A DNA stretch of 44,458 bases from Candidatus Ratteibacteria bacterium (lineage in GTDB: Bacteria > Ratteibacteria > UBA8468 > B48-G9 > DTJG01), in NCBI GenBank assembly GCA_049971295.1, contig JBMFLH010000005.1, positions 1 to 44,458 on the forward strand, read 5' to 3'. The position numbers were made by a program, and so were the translations under genes. Shown here piece after piece: positions 9,134 to 18,687 of this stretch. The notes beneath the pieces were generated by a model. That model did no database searches. It saw nothing but the letters and a program-made list of their open reading frames with translations, and was not told the DNA's origin. Position 1 is the first letter of the stretch. Each line of letters opens with the position of its first letter.

Positions 9134-9595
9134 TCATTTGATGAAACTCAATACTTTTGGTTTTACCAGATTGATAAAGTCCTGATACGAAATGCGAATC
9201 AGTTCTGTATGTGAACCAGCATTGAAAACAATTTCTTTATTTTCTGAAAGAGAATCCTCAACATATGTTTCCATTCCATAAAGATTTCCAAATGGTGGCA
9301 TTGCTCCGATTTCGCATTCCGGAAATGCGTCTTTAAATTCCTGTTCAGTGGAGATTGTGAGAGAGTTTGCTCCTGTCGCCTTTCTTAGTATTTCAACATC
9401 TACATGATAATTCGCAGGCAACACTGCCAGGGCAAGTTTACCATCTTTATTAATGACCACTGTTTTTGCCAGTTCTTTGCCATGTATATGAGCTGCTGCC
9501 GCGATTTCCTGAGCAGTGTAGGCAGGTGAATGTTGGATGCTTACATATTTGATTTTATTTCTGTCAAGAAATTCTTTGAGTTTTCTGGAAGGCAT
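9134..9595 (-). CDS. YbaK/EbsC (ProX-like) aminoacyl-tRNA deacylase
   Basis: HSPAYTAQEIA, LAKTVV, FPECEIGAMPPFG and FNAGSH; AAGGAGG upstream of ATG 9595. Confidence 0.9.
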   Translation of the reverse strand: MPSRKLKEFLDRNKIKYVSIQHSPAYTAQEIAAAAHIHGKELAKTVVINKDGKLALAVLPANYHVDVEILRKATGANSLTISTEQEFKDAFPECEIGAMPPFGNLYGMETYVEDSLSENKEIVFNAGSHTELIRISYQDFINLVKPKVLSFIK

Positions 9596-9649
9596 TGTCC
9601 TCACCTCCTTTTGTCTTCAGTATTTTTATACCTGTTATTGACCGTACTG

Positions 9650-9871
9650 TCAATTGTTATGCTCTGACCATTCAGCGTCAAGAATTTTTCTGGAGTTTTT
9701 GGCAGATTCTGAACTCCTGGATGGTCCCCATTTGATCACCATAAAATGTTTTCTTTTTCTGAAGAAAATCAGAGACAAAAGAAAAAATAAGATGGGGATG
9801 ACAATCAATCCTGCGAGAAGCAAAATTGGGGTCAAAAACAGCCATATTAGAACTTTAGAAATCAATTCCAT
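9650..9871 (-). CDS. Small membrane protein, hypothetical
   Basis: Long hydrophobic N-terminus, basic stretch and C-terminal ILDAEW; overlaps the stop of the upstream gene. Confidence 0.55.
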   Translation of the reverse strand: MELISKVLIWLFLTPILLLAGLIVIPILFFLLSLIFFRKRKHFMVIKWGPSRSSESAKNSRKILDAEWSEHNN

Positions 9872-11043
9872 AAATCAATATCCATAAGGTATCCTGCGCC
9901 GTTTTCTGTGCTTCGATTGTTGATGGTATCGAAACGTCCTTTGCAGGAAAATCGATCAGAGCCACCGGCAAGGTCAATGAGAAAACTGAAGTTTCCACCA
10001 ATCAGGTTTCTGGGATGATACTCAAGAGGCCCTGGAATACCCTGAACTCTATCCGGATTGTTACTATCGTACACATCAGAGCCATCTCCGTCAATAAGTA
10101 TCGCCCATGAACCCTGACAGGCAAATCCCTGACCGCTAATTGTCGCAATATAATGGTCGTCTCCTGAAAAGTCCACAACAGCCGCTGTGCCTATGTCCCA
10201 TCCAAAACCCTGAATCCCGAGTGTTCCAATATATGTGTCATTTCCATCAGGGTCAATGATGCAGGAGATTCCTTTCAATTTTTCAATATCATAGGTGTCA
10301 TTTTTTCTGCTTCCAACAAGAATTTTTCTGTATTTTGCGGACTTCAATTTTTTCAGGGATTCAAATTCAGTATTTTCAAATACCTCGCATATCTCAATGG
10401 CTCCAGTAATCAACTGCTCAATTTTTATCCTGTCAGCCATTGAACACATCGCAAGCCCTGTTTGCCTGTCAGAAAGAGAGTGAGCCACGATATCTCCGAC
10501 TTCTCTTACAGCAAGCCGCTGTGTGATTTCAATAAACTGTGTGAGTTTTTTTTCTGAAAAATTGCTGAACGCGTCCTTTACATATTTTTCCGAAATGGCA
10601 AGTTGTCTGTTGAAATAGTCAACTGGATTTTTTTCTTTTGTCGTCAGGCACGAATTTATCTCAATTTTTATGTCAAGAAGTTTCGCGCAGGTTTGAATCA
10701 CCTGATTTATATTTTTAATGCCAGATTGACACTGCTGGTGTATTGTGTTTGATAGTTGTTCTCCTTCGACAATACAATCAAGCGGATTACCAAGCCATCT
10801 GTCAATGGTATTCAATCTGAAATATCCATTTTTGTCGTTCCACCAATTTGTACCACTGGTTTTATTAAGGATGTCTGATACATAGTTGGTATAAGACTGA
10901 TACATCTGCCACTGATTGTTCTGTTTCAGGGTATCAACCATCAAATTTCTTGCCTCTTGCACAATTTTTTCTGGTTGATTTTTCTCGCAATATCCACAAT
11001 GAAAAAACAGCGTAATAACACACAGCAACAAACACTTATTCAT
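9862..11043 (-). CDS. Secreted hypothetical protein with tandem DxxG(D/N/S)DxY repeats
   Basis: Signal peptide; IIDPDGNDTY, VVDFSGDDHY, LIDGDGSDVY and LIDLAGGSDRF. Confidence 0.65.
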   Translation of the reverse strand: MNKCLLLCVITLFFHCGYCEKNQPEKIVQEARNLMVDTLKQNNQWQMYQSYTNYVSDILNKTSGTNWWNDKNGYFRLNTIDRWLGNPLDCIVEGEQLSNTIHQQCQSGIKNINQVIQTCAKLLDIKIEINSCLTTKEKNPVDYFNRQLAISEKYVKDAFSNFSEKKLTQFIEITQRLAVREVGDIVAHSLSDRQTGLAMCSMADRIKIEQLITGAIEICEVFENTEFESLKKLKSAKYRKILVGSRKNDTYDIEKLKGISCIIDPDGNDTYIGTLGIQGFGWDIGTAAVVDFSGDDHYIATISGQGFACQGSWAILIDGDGSDVYDSNNPDRVQGIPGPLEYHPRNLIGGNFSFLIDLAGGSDRFSCKGRFDTINNRSTENGAGYLMDIDLWN

Positions 11044-12367
11044 TTTGTACCTCTGTTAACCGGTCAATATCAGGGATAAACGAAAAAATTTCACTTTTAA
11101 TGTTTTTAAGGTCATCAGAGGTTTTTCCTTCAAATCTCATTGTGATAACTGGTTCTGTGACCGATTTTCTTATAAGAGCCCAGCCGTGTTCAAATTGAAT
11201 TCTTATTCCATCAAGTTTATTAACCATTTGGGCGGGGTAGTGTTTTTCAATTTTGTTCAAAATCTCTTCAGGATTGGCGACAGGTACCCTTATGTCAGGA
11301 CTTGTTGCATAAACAGGTATTTCAGCAATTTGTTTTGATAAGCATCCTTTTTCCTGAATAATCTTTGCCATCATCAGTGTTGCAAACAATCCATCGTCTC
11401 CGCCAATGTCTTTGAAAAAGTAATGTCCAGAAATTTCGCCTGCAAAAATGGCATTTGTTTTTAGAAATTTTGACCTAATAAAGGCATGTCCTGATTTTTC
11501 CATAATCGGCTTGCCCCCATTTTTTAAAATTTCATCCCTGACAATCTGCGAGCATTTGACATCATACACAACTGTGCCATTTTTATTTCTTTGTAACAAA
11601 AATCTGATGAAAACCACTATGGCAATATCTGTCTTCACAATATCCCCTTTTTCATCAACAAATATTGCCCTATCTCCGTCTCCGTCATAGGCAACTGCCA
11701 TATCAACTTTTTTATTTTTTACCAGATTTTGAAGGGCTTTTAGATTTTTATAAATTGCAGGATTGGGAGATCTGTTGGGAAAAGTTCCGTCAGGCTCGCA
11801 AAAAAGTTTTGTCACCCGATATCCCATTTCTTGCAGGACTTCAGGCGCGATTTTCCACCAGCAGCCATTTCCGGCATCAACAGCAATAGTAAGATTCCCT
11901 GGTTCAAAAAGCGCCTTGATATAATTCTTATAGTTATTCACAACATCACAATGCGAGATTTTTCCATCTCCGATAGAAAATGTTTCTGATTCAACGAGTG
12001 ACTGTATTTTTTTCAATTCTTCTGGAGTAATGGGATTTTTCCCGAGTGCGATTTTCATACCGTTGTCTGACGGTGGATTATGGGAGCCAGTAATTTGAAC
12101 GCCTCCATCCGCTGAAAGGTGTTTTATCGCAAAGTAAAAGACAGGAGTGGGAACAACGCCAATATCAATAACATTACAGCCTGAATTTATAAGTCCTTTG
12201 GTCAGTGCCGGTTTCAATATTTGCGTGCTGGGTCTCAAATCACCGCCAAGTACAATGTGTTTTTCTTTCAGTAAAGTGCCGATAGCCCTTCCGATTTTGT
12301 ATGAAATCTGTTCTGTTAGTTCTGTCCCAAAGGTGCCTCTGATATCACATGGTTTGAATATGGACAT
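11036..12367 (-). CDS. Phosphomannomutase/phosphoglucomutase (AlgC-like)
   Basis: IFKPCDIRG, ITGSHNP (phospho-Ser), DGDGDR, GEISGH and RKSVTEP. Confidence 0.93.
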   Translation of the reverse strand: MSIFKPCDIRGTFGTELTEQISYKIGRAIGTLLKEKHIVLGGDLRPSTQILKPALTKGLINSGCNVIDIGVVPTPVFYFAIKHLSADGGVQITGSHNPPSDNGMKIALGKNPITPEELKKIQSLVESETFSIGDGKISHCDVVNNYKNYIKALFEPGNLTIAVDAGNGCWWKIAPEVLQEMGYRVTKLFCEPDGTFPNRSPNPAIYKNLKALQNLVKNKKVDMAVAYDGDGDRAIFVDEKGDIVKTDIAIVVFIRFLLQRNKNGTVVYDVKCSQIVRDEILKNGGKPIMEKSGHAFIRSKFLKTNAIFAGEISGHYFFKDIGGDDGLFATLMMAKIIQEKGCLSKQIAEIPVYATSPDIRVPVANPEEILNKIEKHYPAQMVNKLDGIRIQFEHGWALIRKSVTEPVITMRFEGKTSDDLKNIKSEIFSFIPDIDRLTEVQNE

Positions 12368-12376
12368 CTGTCTCCT

Positions 12377-13816
12377 TCAAATGTAATGTTTTTCCTTCAA
12401 CTTTTCAACAAACTGTTGGTACAATTTGTGATACTGTTCAACCAGCGCTTTGTCGGGATGATACTCGCGAGCAATTTTTACCATGGTGCGGCACGCCTGC
12501 TGAAGATTATCAAAATGTGTTCGGGATGCAGCAAGAATTGCTGCACCGTATGCCGCACATGGATTTTCCGGTTGCAACAGGGTTTTATTAAGTATAGAAG
12601 CTCTGATCCTGTTCCAGGTTTCACTTTTGGTGGCACCACCAGCAATCCTTATGTTATCAGTAATTCTTGCTCCGAGTTCTTCGATAGTCTGGTAAGCAAG
12701 TTTTTCAATGTATCCGACTCCTTCAAGACAGGCAGCATATAAAGTTTCTTCATTACAATTTTCAGATTGAAATCCCTGCGCTTCAGAATTTACGAAAGGA
12801 AATCTTTCTCCTTTTCCAGAAAGTGGCCAGCAAATTTTTCCGGTGGGTATAATCTCTGCAGCTCTTTTATCAAGATATTGCCATTTTTTTCTATCGAATG
12901 TTTTTGCAATGTAGTCACCGCCAGTATTGCTTGCGCCACCTGGTAACCAGTATCCATCAGGATGTCTGTGGTTGTATATCCTTCCAGCAGGGTCCTTCAG
13001 AATATGTTTTGTGACCCCCTTTATAACAAGGGTTGTTCCCAATGTTGAGTTCCACTGTCCTGGCGCAACAGCACCTGTGGAAACCAAAGACGCGCATCCA
13101 TCGGTCATTCCAGCAACCACAGGAACACCGGATGGAATATCTGTCTGAGCAGAACATTCTGAATTGATAGTGCCTATCACTGCGCCAGATGCCACGACTT
13201 CAGGTAGTTTTACCAGGGGTATCCCGAATACATTTTCAATATCATCAGGCCATTTCCCTTCAATAAGGTCATAGCCAGATTTCAGAACATTGGTGTAATC
13301 ACTAATGCCGAAATTGCCTGAGAGTTTACCTGTGATATAGTCGGCTGCATGAACGATTCTTACTGTCTTTTCAAAAATTTCAGGGGTATGATTTTTGACC
13401 CATAAGATTTTGGCTAAACCGAATGATGAATTGAATTGATAGCCCATTTTTTCTGTCAGATACCTGAGTGTTTCATTAAGGCATTTTGCTTCTTTTTCGC
13501 TGCGTTTGTCATTATACATGATGGCGGGAATAAGCGGTTGATAGTTTTTATCAAGAAAGCACAATGTGCCAGATGTGGATGACACTGAAATGCCGCGGAT
13601 TTTCTTAACCTGAATATGAGGTATGATCTTTCTTAAACAAACCACAGTTGAATTCCACCATTGTTCAGGATTCTGTTGGTGCCATCCTTCAGGAGTATCC
13701 GATGTGTTCTGGGCAAAAGCATCTTCAGAAGTAGCGTGAACCTTTCCATTTTCATCGACACAAACAACTCTTGTTCCCTGAGTGCCGATATCAATTCCAA
13801 TAAAAATGTCGTTCAT
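12377..13816 (-). CDS. FGGY family carbohydrate kinase
   Basis: GIDIGTQG, MYNDKR, GMTDG, TLGTT, GERFP, LEGVG and AGGAT. Confidence 0.9.
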   Translation of the reverse strand: MNDIFIGIDIGTQGTRVVCVDENGKVHATSEDAFAQNTSDTPEGWHQQNPEQWWNSTVVCLRKIIPHIQVKKIRGISVSSTSGTLCFLDKNYQPLIPAIMYNDKRSEKEAKCLNETLRYLTEKMGYQFNSSFGLAKILWVKNHTPEIFEKTVRIVHAADYITGKLSGNFGISDYTNVLKSGYDLIEGKWPDDIENVFGIPLVKLPEVVASGAVIGTINSECSAQTDIPSGVPVVAGMTDGCASLVSTGAVAPGQWNSTLGTTLVIKGVTKHILKDPAGRIYNHRHPDGYWLPGGASNTGGDYIAKTFDRKKWQYLDKRAAEIIPTGKICWPLSGKGERFPFVNSEAQGFQSENCNEETLYAACLEGVGYIEKLAYQTIEELGARITDNIRIAGGATKSETWNRIRASILNKTLLQPENPCAAYGAAILAASRTHFDNLQQACRTMVKIAREYHPDKALVEQYHKLYQQFVEKLKEKHYI

Positions 13817-13851
13817 AATATTTGTGGATTTTGAAAATTTATACCTGTTTG

Positions 13852-13860
13852 ATTATACCA
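13852..13860 (-). promoter_or_regulatory. Extended -10 promoter (TGGTATAAT) for the FGGY-kinase operon
   Basis: Perfect TGnTATAAT on the minus strand ~35 nt upstream of the start codon. Confidence 0.5.
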
Positions 13861-13944
13861 TAGAAAAAAATGGCGTTTTTATGATAAAATATCAATTACT
13901 AATCATACTAAAAATTTAAACTTAAAACATTCAATGGCAGGAAA

Positions 13945-14841
13945 ATGAAGCAGTCAATAAAAAGAAAAATCACTGGCGGTAGAACCGCTATTAGAAAAAT
14001 CAAGAGAATGGGAAAGATTATAAAGAACATCCACAGAACAAAAATTTTCCATGTTTCAAGACTGAAATTCGGCAGGTTCAGGCCCAAAATTAAAATAGAG
14101 ATAGAGCGCGGCAATTTTATTATTAAAACAGTTGAAAACGCGAAAGAACTTGAACAAGTTTTAAATCTCAGGTTTGAAGTGTTCTATCAGGAACTTCTTA
14201 ATAAAACAGCAGTCATTACAAAGGATATAGACGAATTTGACTTTATTTGTGACCATCTGGTAATTTTTGACAGAGAAAAACAAAAATATGCTGGAACATA
14301 CCGGCTCAATTTATCGAATTTCTCAAAACGTTTTTATTCAGCGCAAGAATTCAATATCAGCAATATTCTCAATCTTCCTGGTATCAAACTTGAACTTGGA
14401 AGGGCGTGTGTTGATAAAGAATACAGAACAGGTGTTATTATTAGCTTGTTATGGCGAGGACTTGCTGAATACATAAAACTCAGTGGCACAAATTATCTTT
14501 TTGGTTGCTCAAGCGTGAAAACAATTGATGAAAAGGAAGTCGCACTTCTATATCTTTATTTAATGAATTACTTTAAAGCGCCTGATGGTTTTATGGTGAA
14601 GCCAGTAAAAAATTTCAGGATACCTTCGTTTGGAGAATATGTAAGACAGATAAAACTTGATGACAATTCTACTTCTATTGCAAAATCATTAATTCCACCG
14701 CTTTTGAATTTCTATCTTAAATCCGGTGCTTTTGTGTGCGGGGAACCAGCGCTTGATAAAGTCTTCAAATGTGTGGATTTCTTTACTGTACTGGATATGA
14801 ACAACCTGAAAAAGTCCATTGAAAAAAAATACGATGTCTGA
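13945..14841 (+). CDS. olsB: GNAT N-acyltransferase, OlsB-like (lyso-ornithine lipid synthase)
   Basis: LRFEVF, DIDEFD..CDHL, GTYRL, FYSAQEF, ELGRACV..YR, YLFGCSS, PPLL..Y..GA.VCGEPA.D..F. Start may be further downstream. Confidence 0.8.
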   Translation: MKQSIKRKITGGRTAIRKIKRMGKIIKNIHRTKIFHVSRLKFGRFRPKIKIEIERGNFIIKTVENAKELEQVLNLRFEVFYQELLNKTAVITKDIDEFDFICDHLVIFDREKQKYAGTYRLNLSNFSKRFYSAQEFNISNILNLPGIKLELGRACVDKEYRTGVIISLLWRGLAEYIKLSGTNYLFGCSSVKTIDEKEVALLYLYLMNYFKAPDGFMVKPVKNFRIPSFGEYVRQIKLDDNSTSIAKSLIPPLLNFYLKSGAFVCGEPALDKVFKCVDFFTVLDMNNLKKSIEKKYDV

Positions 14842-15629
14842 TGAAGACAATCATATTTTTTCTAAAATTTATTTCTCTCACTTGCCTGATTTTTATTTAT
14901 TTGATGGTATCCTGTTTTGTTGCGATTTTTTCAAAGCGTTCCAGTAGAAGAAAAAATCTCTGTTTGAATTGCTCATATTTTTCAAAAATTTGTCTGAAGT
15001 TTCTTGGTACCAGAGTGAAAAAGAGCGCTGATATTTCACGGTTTCAGAATAAATCGTATTTTATTGTCAGCAACCATGTTTCTTATATGGACATTCTTAT
15101 CATCTCGTCTCTTTTCCCTGCATCATTTATCACCTCTGTTGAAGTTGCCAGGGATATTTTTCTCGGAACCATTGCCCGACTCGGAGGAAGTTTGTTTGTT
15201 GAAAGAAGGAAGAAGAGCAGACTTGTAAAAGACCTTGAATCTGTTTCTGATGTGCTGAAAGGCAATCTCAATGTTGTCCTTTTCCCAGAAGGAACAAGCA
15301 GTAACGGTGAAAAAATTCTTCCATTTAAAAAAACACTTTTTAGAGCAGCAATAGAACACGGAATTCCAGTGCTTCCTTTGTACCTCAGATATGTTTCTAT
15401 AGATGGAATGCCTGTCAGCAATAATAATCGCGATTTAATCTACTGGTATGGAGATATGAAATTTTTCCCGCATTTTATGTCTTTATTGAAGCTTAACTCA
15501 ATAGACACAGAACTTATTGTACTGCCTGAGATTTCATCGACATCAAAATCCAGCCATCAACTTGCATCTATAGCGTTTCAGGCAATTTCAAATATGCATC
15601 AAAACACTCGTTGTCATATGTGGGGATAA
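14841..15629 (+). CDS. Lysophospholipid O-acyltransferase (PlsC/OlsA-like)
   Basis: NHVSYMD (HX4D), FVER, FPEGT and WYGDM; TGATG overlap with the olsB-like gene. Confidence 0.85.
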   Translation: MKTIIFFLKFISLTCLIFIYLMVSCFVAIFSKRSSRRKNLCLNCSYFSKICLKFLGTRVKKSADISRFQNKSYFIVSNHVSYMDILIISSLFPASFITSVEVARDIFLGTIARLGGSLFVERRKKSRLVKDLESVSDVLKGNLNVVLFPEGTSSNGEKILPFKKTLFRAAIEHGIPVLPLYLRYVSIDGMPVSNNNRDLIYWYGDMKFFPHFMSLLKLNSIDTELIVLPEISSTSKSSHQLASIAFQAISNMHQNTRCHMWG

Positions 15630-17017
15630 ATATCCCATCTTTTATATATCGTAAGCGCTTCAAATATAGGCCCAGCTGTATGCGAAAGATTGATTGCTAC
15701 ATGATGTTCAAAACCATTTCTACAGATAAACATCAAAAGATCCTGAAGATTATCAATCTTCGCCACTCCCACGCCTCCAAAGGTGTTCAAAGAATCTTTT
15801 GTGATTGTTCCTTCACACACATAACCTGTAATTTTTCCATCGCAATCGTCTGTTGACAGCCTTAAAAAGCAAACAGGTCCTGGTTTTATTTTTCCTTCAA
15901 CTGCTCCAAAGGTTTTTTCCTTTCCCACTGTCTGTTCAAGAATTACATGATGTGTCATAACCGGTTTATCAAGGATGTCAAGTGGAAAGTTACTGCAATG
16001 GAAAAGAACGGCTTTTTCAGGATCATTACCATAGTTATTATTCCAGTCAACTATGGCACTTGGTTTACCTGACGCAAATTGCAGAATATACATTGATAAT
16101 AATCCCGTAACATCAACTTCACACGCGGCAGGTATCATTTTGTGACTGAAATAACTCATAACCCCGCATGGAAATATGCCAAGATTTTCCTGTATAGATG
16201 TCCAGCACTGAAACGCAAAGCCCTTAAGTTCTTTTGATTCTATCCAATCAGTAATGACTGTAATGAGTTTTGCCATTTTTAATACGGGTTCTTTTTCTTC
16301 TTTTACCCTGATGTAACTGTCGAATTCTTCAAGAGTTCTCCTGACTTTTGGATCATTATTGTCAAGTTTATTTATATGAGCGAAGAGTTCTGAAAGGTCC
16401 ATGACATCAACCGATATTCCATTGTTTTCAAGAATTTTTTCACTGTATCTGACTGTTTTGAATGGGTCAGGTCTGGTGCCTATCGCACCAATTTTTAGAT
16501 TTTTTAATGATTTGACAATCCTGCAGATTGCGAGAAATTCTTCAAGGTCGTATTGAAACTCTTCATCTTCTGGAGATACCGTATGATTTGTGGTGAGAGA
16601 ATACCTGATGCCATATTGTTTTAGATTGCTGCAAACTGAAATTTTTCCACAGAAACTGTCTCTTCTATTTGCAGGGTCCATGTTTTCTGGTTCGTCTGGA
16701 TAGGCGTGAATCAGAACAGGCACATCAAGCTCTGAAAGCCGTATTGTGTCTGCAACTGCCTGTTCATCTCCAAAATTTGGAAGCGTGACAATGATTCCAC
16801 TGATTTTATCTGCGTTGTTTTTGAATAGTTGCGCACATTTTTTTGCATCCTGCCATGTTTCAACCTTTCCATATCTTGTGTCCTCTTCAGAAAGCGCAAT
16901 AACTTCCACTCCTGCCTTTTTAAGTACCTTCAGCATTCTTTCTCTTCCTTCCTTGCACAGTATTTCAGGAAAACATGACCTGTTTCCGACAATTAACCCA
17001 AGCGTTTGTTTCTCCAT
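15614..17017 (-). CDS. L-fucose/L-arabinose isomerase family protein
   Basis: PNFGDE, RRDSFCGK, QCW, ACEVD, FHCSN and NGFEHHVA. Confidence 0.85.
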   Translation of the reverse strand: MEKQTLGLIVGNRSCFPEILCKEGRERMLKVLKKAGVEVIALSEEDTRYGKVETWQDAKKCAQLFKNNADKISGIIVTLPNFGDEQAVADTIRLSELDVPVLIHAYPDEPENMDPANRRDSFCGKISVCSNLKQYGIRYSLTTNHTVSPEDEEFQYDLEEFLAICRIVKSLKNLKIGAIGTRPDPFKTVRYSEKILENNGISVDVMDLSELFAHINKLDNNDPKVRRTLEEFDSYIRVKEEKEPVLKMAKLITVITDWIESKELKGFAFQCWTSIQENLGIFPCGVMSYFSHKMIPAACEVDVTGLLSMYILQFASGKPSAIVDWNNNYGNDPEKAVLFHCSNFPLDILDKPVMTHHVILEQTVGKEKTFGAVEGKIKPGPVCFLRLSTDDCDGKITGYVCEGTITKDSLNTFGGVGVAKIDNLQDLLMFICRNGFEHHVAINLSHTAGPIFEALTIYKRWDIYPHI

Positions 17018-17028
17018 AATGCCCCCTT

Positions 17029-18687
17029 TTATGAAAATTTGAACTGAGCCTTATTCTGTTGCATGGCATTGAGAATCCTTCGTTTTAAATCTTCAACATG
17101 TATTGAATTATTCTTTCTATCCACAAGCACATTGATGCCAGAACCAAAAATCTCAGAGGTGATAAGATAATCGTGATTACCTGCACGTTTCGCTGTTCCT
17201 TCTATCGTTAACTGGCCATTGGTTAAGCTGATTACGCCGCTGAGTTTTCTATAGTAAAAATTGTTACTGCCGAATTGCTTTCCAATACTTCCAGCAAAAC
17301 TTGATGAACCCAAACTTGCAAGCGCTTTCACCGCGCTGATATTGAGTTTCTGTGAAAAGAGCATCCCGGGAACATTATCAATTCTTGCCTGCACAGAAAA
17401 ATCTTTGTTCCCAAACTCAAGAAAACATATCACATTTACAAGCCCTGTGATAAGAATGTCCGTATTTAAACTGTGGATAAATTTTTCAAGATTAATTTTT
17501 TGCACCTGCGCTCTAGCATAGACCCTGGGAGAAGTATCCTGGTTAGTAACAAAAACCATGTCTCCTAAACCTTCGTAAAATTTGAAAGTGAAATCCCCCC
17601 TGTATTTTCCATTTTCTTTTATAATTGTTCCCATTATGCGGTCGCAGTTGATTTTGCCAATGTCAATGTTTGAGGCAGAAACAGTGATTTTTTCTTTTTC
17701 TTGAGAACCTTCAATAAGAAGGGATGAACAGGAAAAATTCTTATACTGTATCTTGCCTGGAATTGAAAAAATTCCTGCAAAGAATGGTACTTTGTCAGCT
17801 CTTTTCCATTTCCCTTCCCCATTGATGGAAATTTTTGAATCAGACGTGAACTTGAATTTTTCTCTCCATTTTTCTGGCAATTGCGACACAATTTCTTCAA
17901 GATTTACCCCTTCGGATTCAATTTTAACGCTAAAATCTTCAGGACTTATAAAGCCTTTTAGCGAGATTTTTCCTCCTGATTCTGTGAAGATGTTTCCGGT
18001 TTCGATAAGACACTTTTTTTGCAGAAAATCGTATGTGCCTTTTGCATGACCCGACAGAGGATGGCTACTTTCTTGCAGCAATAATTTGTTAAAGTCAACA
18101 TCAAATATTAACATTTTTACGATGTCTTTATTGATTGTGATGGACAATTTCCCTGTCATTGTTCCTGCAAAAGGAAGGTTCTGAATGCCAAGCATTGTCC
18201 TGAACTCATCTATCGCAAAATCTTTTACATTTCCTTCTATTTCGCAAGTTTCTTTTCCCCATTGTACCAGTTTTCCAGCAACAAAAATTTTCCCAAATTT
18301 TTCAAGCCATATATTTCCATTTTTAATGTTGATAGTGCCTGTTTTGAAATTTCCCTGTATTTCGCCAGAAAAATTCACCTTAGATTTACCCTGTGGAAGA
18401 TTAATACTTGCAGGCGTCTGGAAGGCAAGTAATTGTTGCGAACCGAATAATATACTTTTCCATGGTATTTTCAATGAACCAGATATTTTCAGAGATAAAA
18501 TGGGTTTTTCAAGAATTTTCCAGTGAAAATTAACAAGTTTTGCGCCGGCAGGAGTGAAAAAAAAGAAAACTTTGACCTTTCCATCAGAAGCAGTATTTGT
18601 CCAGATGCCAGTAATCACAGGGATAAAAATCCACAGGAAAACAAGTGTACAGAGGCATAATACAACAATCTTTTTTCTTTTTATCAT
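17029..18687 (-). CDS. Membrane-anchored beta-rich protein, AsmA/TamB-like
   Basis: Single N-terminal TM helix followed by repetitive Gly-containing amphipathic beta-strands. Confidence 0.45.
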   Translation of the reverse strand: MIKRKKIVVLCLCTLVFLWIFIPVITGIWTNTASDGKVKVFFFFTPAGAKLVNFHWKILEKPILSLKISGSLKIPWKSILFGSQQLLAFQTPASINLPQGKSKVNFSGEIQGNFKTGTINIKNGNIWLEKFGKIFVAGKLVQWGKETCEIEGNVKDFAIDEFRTMLGIQNLPFAGTMTGKLSITINKDIVKMLIFDVDFNKLLLQESSHPLSGHAKGTYDFLQKKCLIETGNIFTESGGKISLKGFISPEDFSVKIESEGVNLEEIVSQLPEKWREKFKFTSDSKISINGEGKWKRADKVPFFAGIFSIPGKIQYKNFSCSSLLIEGSQEKEKITVSASNIDIGKINCDRIMGTIIKENGKYRGDFTFKFYEGLGDMVFVTNQDTSPRVYARAQVQKINLEKFIHSLNTDILITGLVNVICFLEFGNKDFSVQARIDNVPGMLFSQKLNISAVKALASLGSSSFAGSIGKQFGSNNFYYRKLSGVISLTNGQLTIEGTAKRAGNHDYLITSEIFGSGINVLVDRKNNSIHVEDLKRRILNAMQQNKAQFKFS

